From Ureaplasma parvum serovar 3 str. ATCC 27815 (GTDB lineage: Bacteria > Bacillota_I > Bacilli_A > Mycoplasmatales > Mycoplasmoidaceae), in the NCBI RefSeq assembly GCF_000019345.1, contig NC_010503.1, forward strand, positions 630,001-662,000: a DNA stretch of 32,000 nt. The letters run 5' to 3'. The position numbers and the translations under genes are program-made. The notes beneath the pieces are model-generated. The model was not told the origin of the DNA. It ran no database searches and saw only the letters and a program-made list of their open reading frames with translations. Below, piece by piece: positions 30,912 to 32,000 of this stretch. Position 1 is the stretch's first letter. The number at the start of each line of letters is the position of its first letter.

Positions 30912-30939
30912 AAAAAAACCATCATTATTGATGGTTTTT
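30912..30939 (-). terminator. Terminator after tRNA-Trp
   Basis: Minus strand: AAAACCATCA-ATAA-TGATGGTTTT followed by a T-run. Confidence 0.65.
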
Positions 30940-30947
30940 ATTTTAAA

Positions 30948-31023
30948 TGGCAAGGGTAACAGGACTCGAACCCGCAACACGCAGATTTGGAGTCTGCTGT
31001 TCTACCAATTGAACTATACCCTT
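30948..31023 (-). tRNA. trnW: tRNA-Trp (anticodon CCA, reads UGG), CCA end encoded
   Basis: rc reads AAGGGTA TA GTTC AATTGGTA GAAC A GCAGA-CTCCAAA-TCTGC GTGTT GCGGG TTCGAGT CCTGT TACCCTT G CCA. 76 nt. Confidence 0.9.
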
Positions 31024-31033
31024 TTTTTGTAGT

Positions 31034-32000
31034 TTATTTATATGCTAACCTTGTTAAAACCAGGGCTTGTCCGTCTTTTACTACAATTGTATCTTCAATT
31101 CTTACACCACCAACATTTGGGATATAAATTCCTGGTTCAACAGTAACAACTGCATTTAATGGCAATTTATTAGGATTACCAGCATTAGTATTTGGTAATT
31201 CATGTACTTGTAAACCTACACCATGACCTGTTCCATGTGTGAAATAGCCCTTAAATTTAGAATTATCAACAATGTCGCGACATACTTTATCAACTTCTTG
31301 ACCTGTTACTTTTGTACTCAATAGATTAATCCCTGCTGTTTGAGATTCAAGAACTTTATCATAAATTTCTTGCATTTGTGGATTTGCTTTATTTCCAACA
31401 ATAAAAGATCTTGTAATATCAGAACAATAACCTTTATAAGTACAACCAATGTCAACAGTTACCATATCTCCATCTTCAATTACACGATTTCCTGGATGAT
31501 GATGTGGTGATCCGCCATTTGGACCTGAAGCAATAATTGGATCAAATGAATTTAATTCTCCACCTAATTCTAACATATGTTTTGAAACTAATGTTGCAAT
31601 TTCAAGTTCTGTTCGACCAATAATATCTTGTTCTCGAATTCAATTACATGTTAAAGCTGCAATATCAGCAGCTTTTTGTAAATATTCAAGTTCTTTTTCA
31701 GTTTTAATAGCACGTAATGTAGCTGATGTAAAAGGAGTAGTATTTTTTACTAATTTTTTTAACATTTCATGAACATCTAATGTTACATAATCAGCTTCAA
31801 CTAATGCATTAGTAATATTTAATTCAACCATTGCGTCTTTTAGTAGATCAAAAGTTGATTTTTGTGGTGTGCGAGCTAATAAAATTACCTTTGCGTTTTT
31901 TACAGTTTCAGACGCTGCTGTATAATAACGAGCATCCACTAGATAAATTGCTTTACCATCTTTATTAATAAACACAAAACCATCACTTGAAGCAAATTCT
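31034..32000 (-). CDS. pepP: Xaa-Pro aminopeptidase/dipeptidase (M24B family); the 5' end is off the window
   Basis: DMVTVDIG...YCSDITR...HGTGHGVGLQVHE...EPGIY...GVRIEDT metal-ligand pattern. Pieces 31034-31576 and 31640-31975 are in frame and stay open to the window edge. Confidence 0.88.

Overview
This is a low-GC Mollicutes (Mycoplasma-type) chromosomal segment read with genetic code 4 (TGA = Trp). Almost every gene in the standard-code ORF track is split at in-frame TGA codons. The pieces rejoin in a single frame into full-length conserved proteins (EF-Tu, EF-G, S7 ending ...AHLRW, PepF and others). I re-derived gene boundaries by hand translation. All family calls rest on motifs recalled from memory, because no database search was possible.

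The backbone comprises:
- a degenerate RNase J-like gene (partial)
- cdsA-frr-pyrH-tsf
- a six-tRNA operon (Asn-Glu-Val-Thr-Lys-Leu) behind a perfect consensus promoter
- pepF
- the str operon rpsL-rpsG-fusA-tuf
- an e(P4)-type acid phosphatase lipoprotein
- a phosphohexomutase, cdd, tRNA-Trp(CCA), and an M24 Xaa-Pro peptidase (partial)

The accessory content comprises:
- a C39-peptidase ABC exporter with an overlapping small membrane protein
- two FecCD-type permeases followed by a DUF31-like serine-protease lipoprotein
- a DUF2188-like small protein
- two tandem paralogous ~600-aa polytopic membrane proteins

The most interesting region is 23.4-28.6 kb. It holds a C5 cytosine methyltransferase and, 3 nt downstream, a 971-aa DUF262/DUF1524 (GmrSD-type) nuclease-family protein with an unassigned ~320-aa N-terminal region. 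A small tyrosine recombinase gene lies next to them.

The methyltransferase ORF is intact but has no canonical start codon. Its missing 5' end (ATG plus the first codons, MSKNKADKTKV) sits about 130 bp away on the opposite strand. An 18-bp perfect inverted repeat (27616-27633 / 27757-27774) lies within that coding sequence and is read in the same frame in both copies. Inverting the 159-bp segment would rebuild a complete in-frame gene. I read this as a recombinase-driven ON/OFF inversion switch, captured here in the OFF state, controlling a methyltransferase plus GmrSD-type two-gene module.
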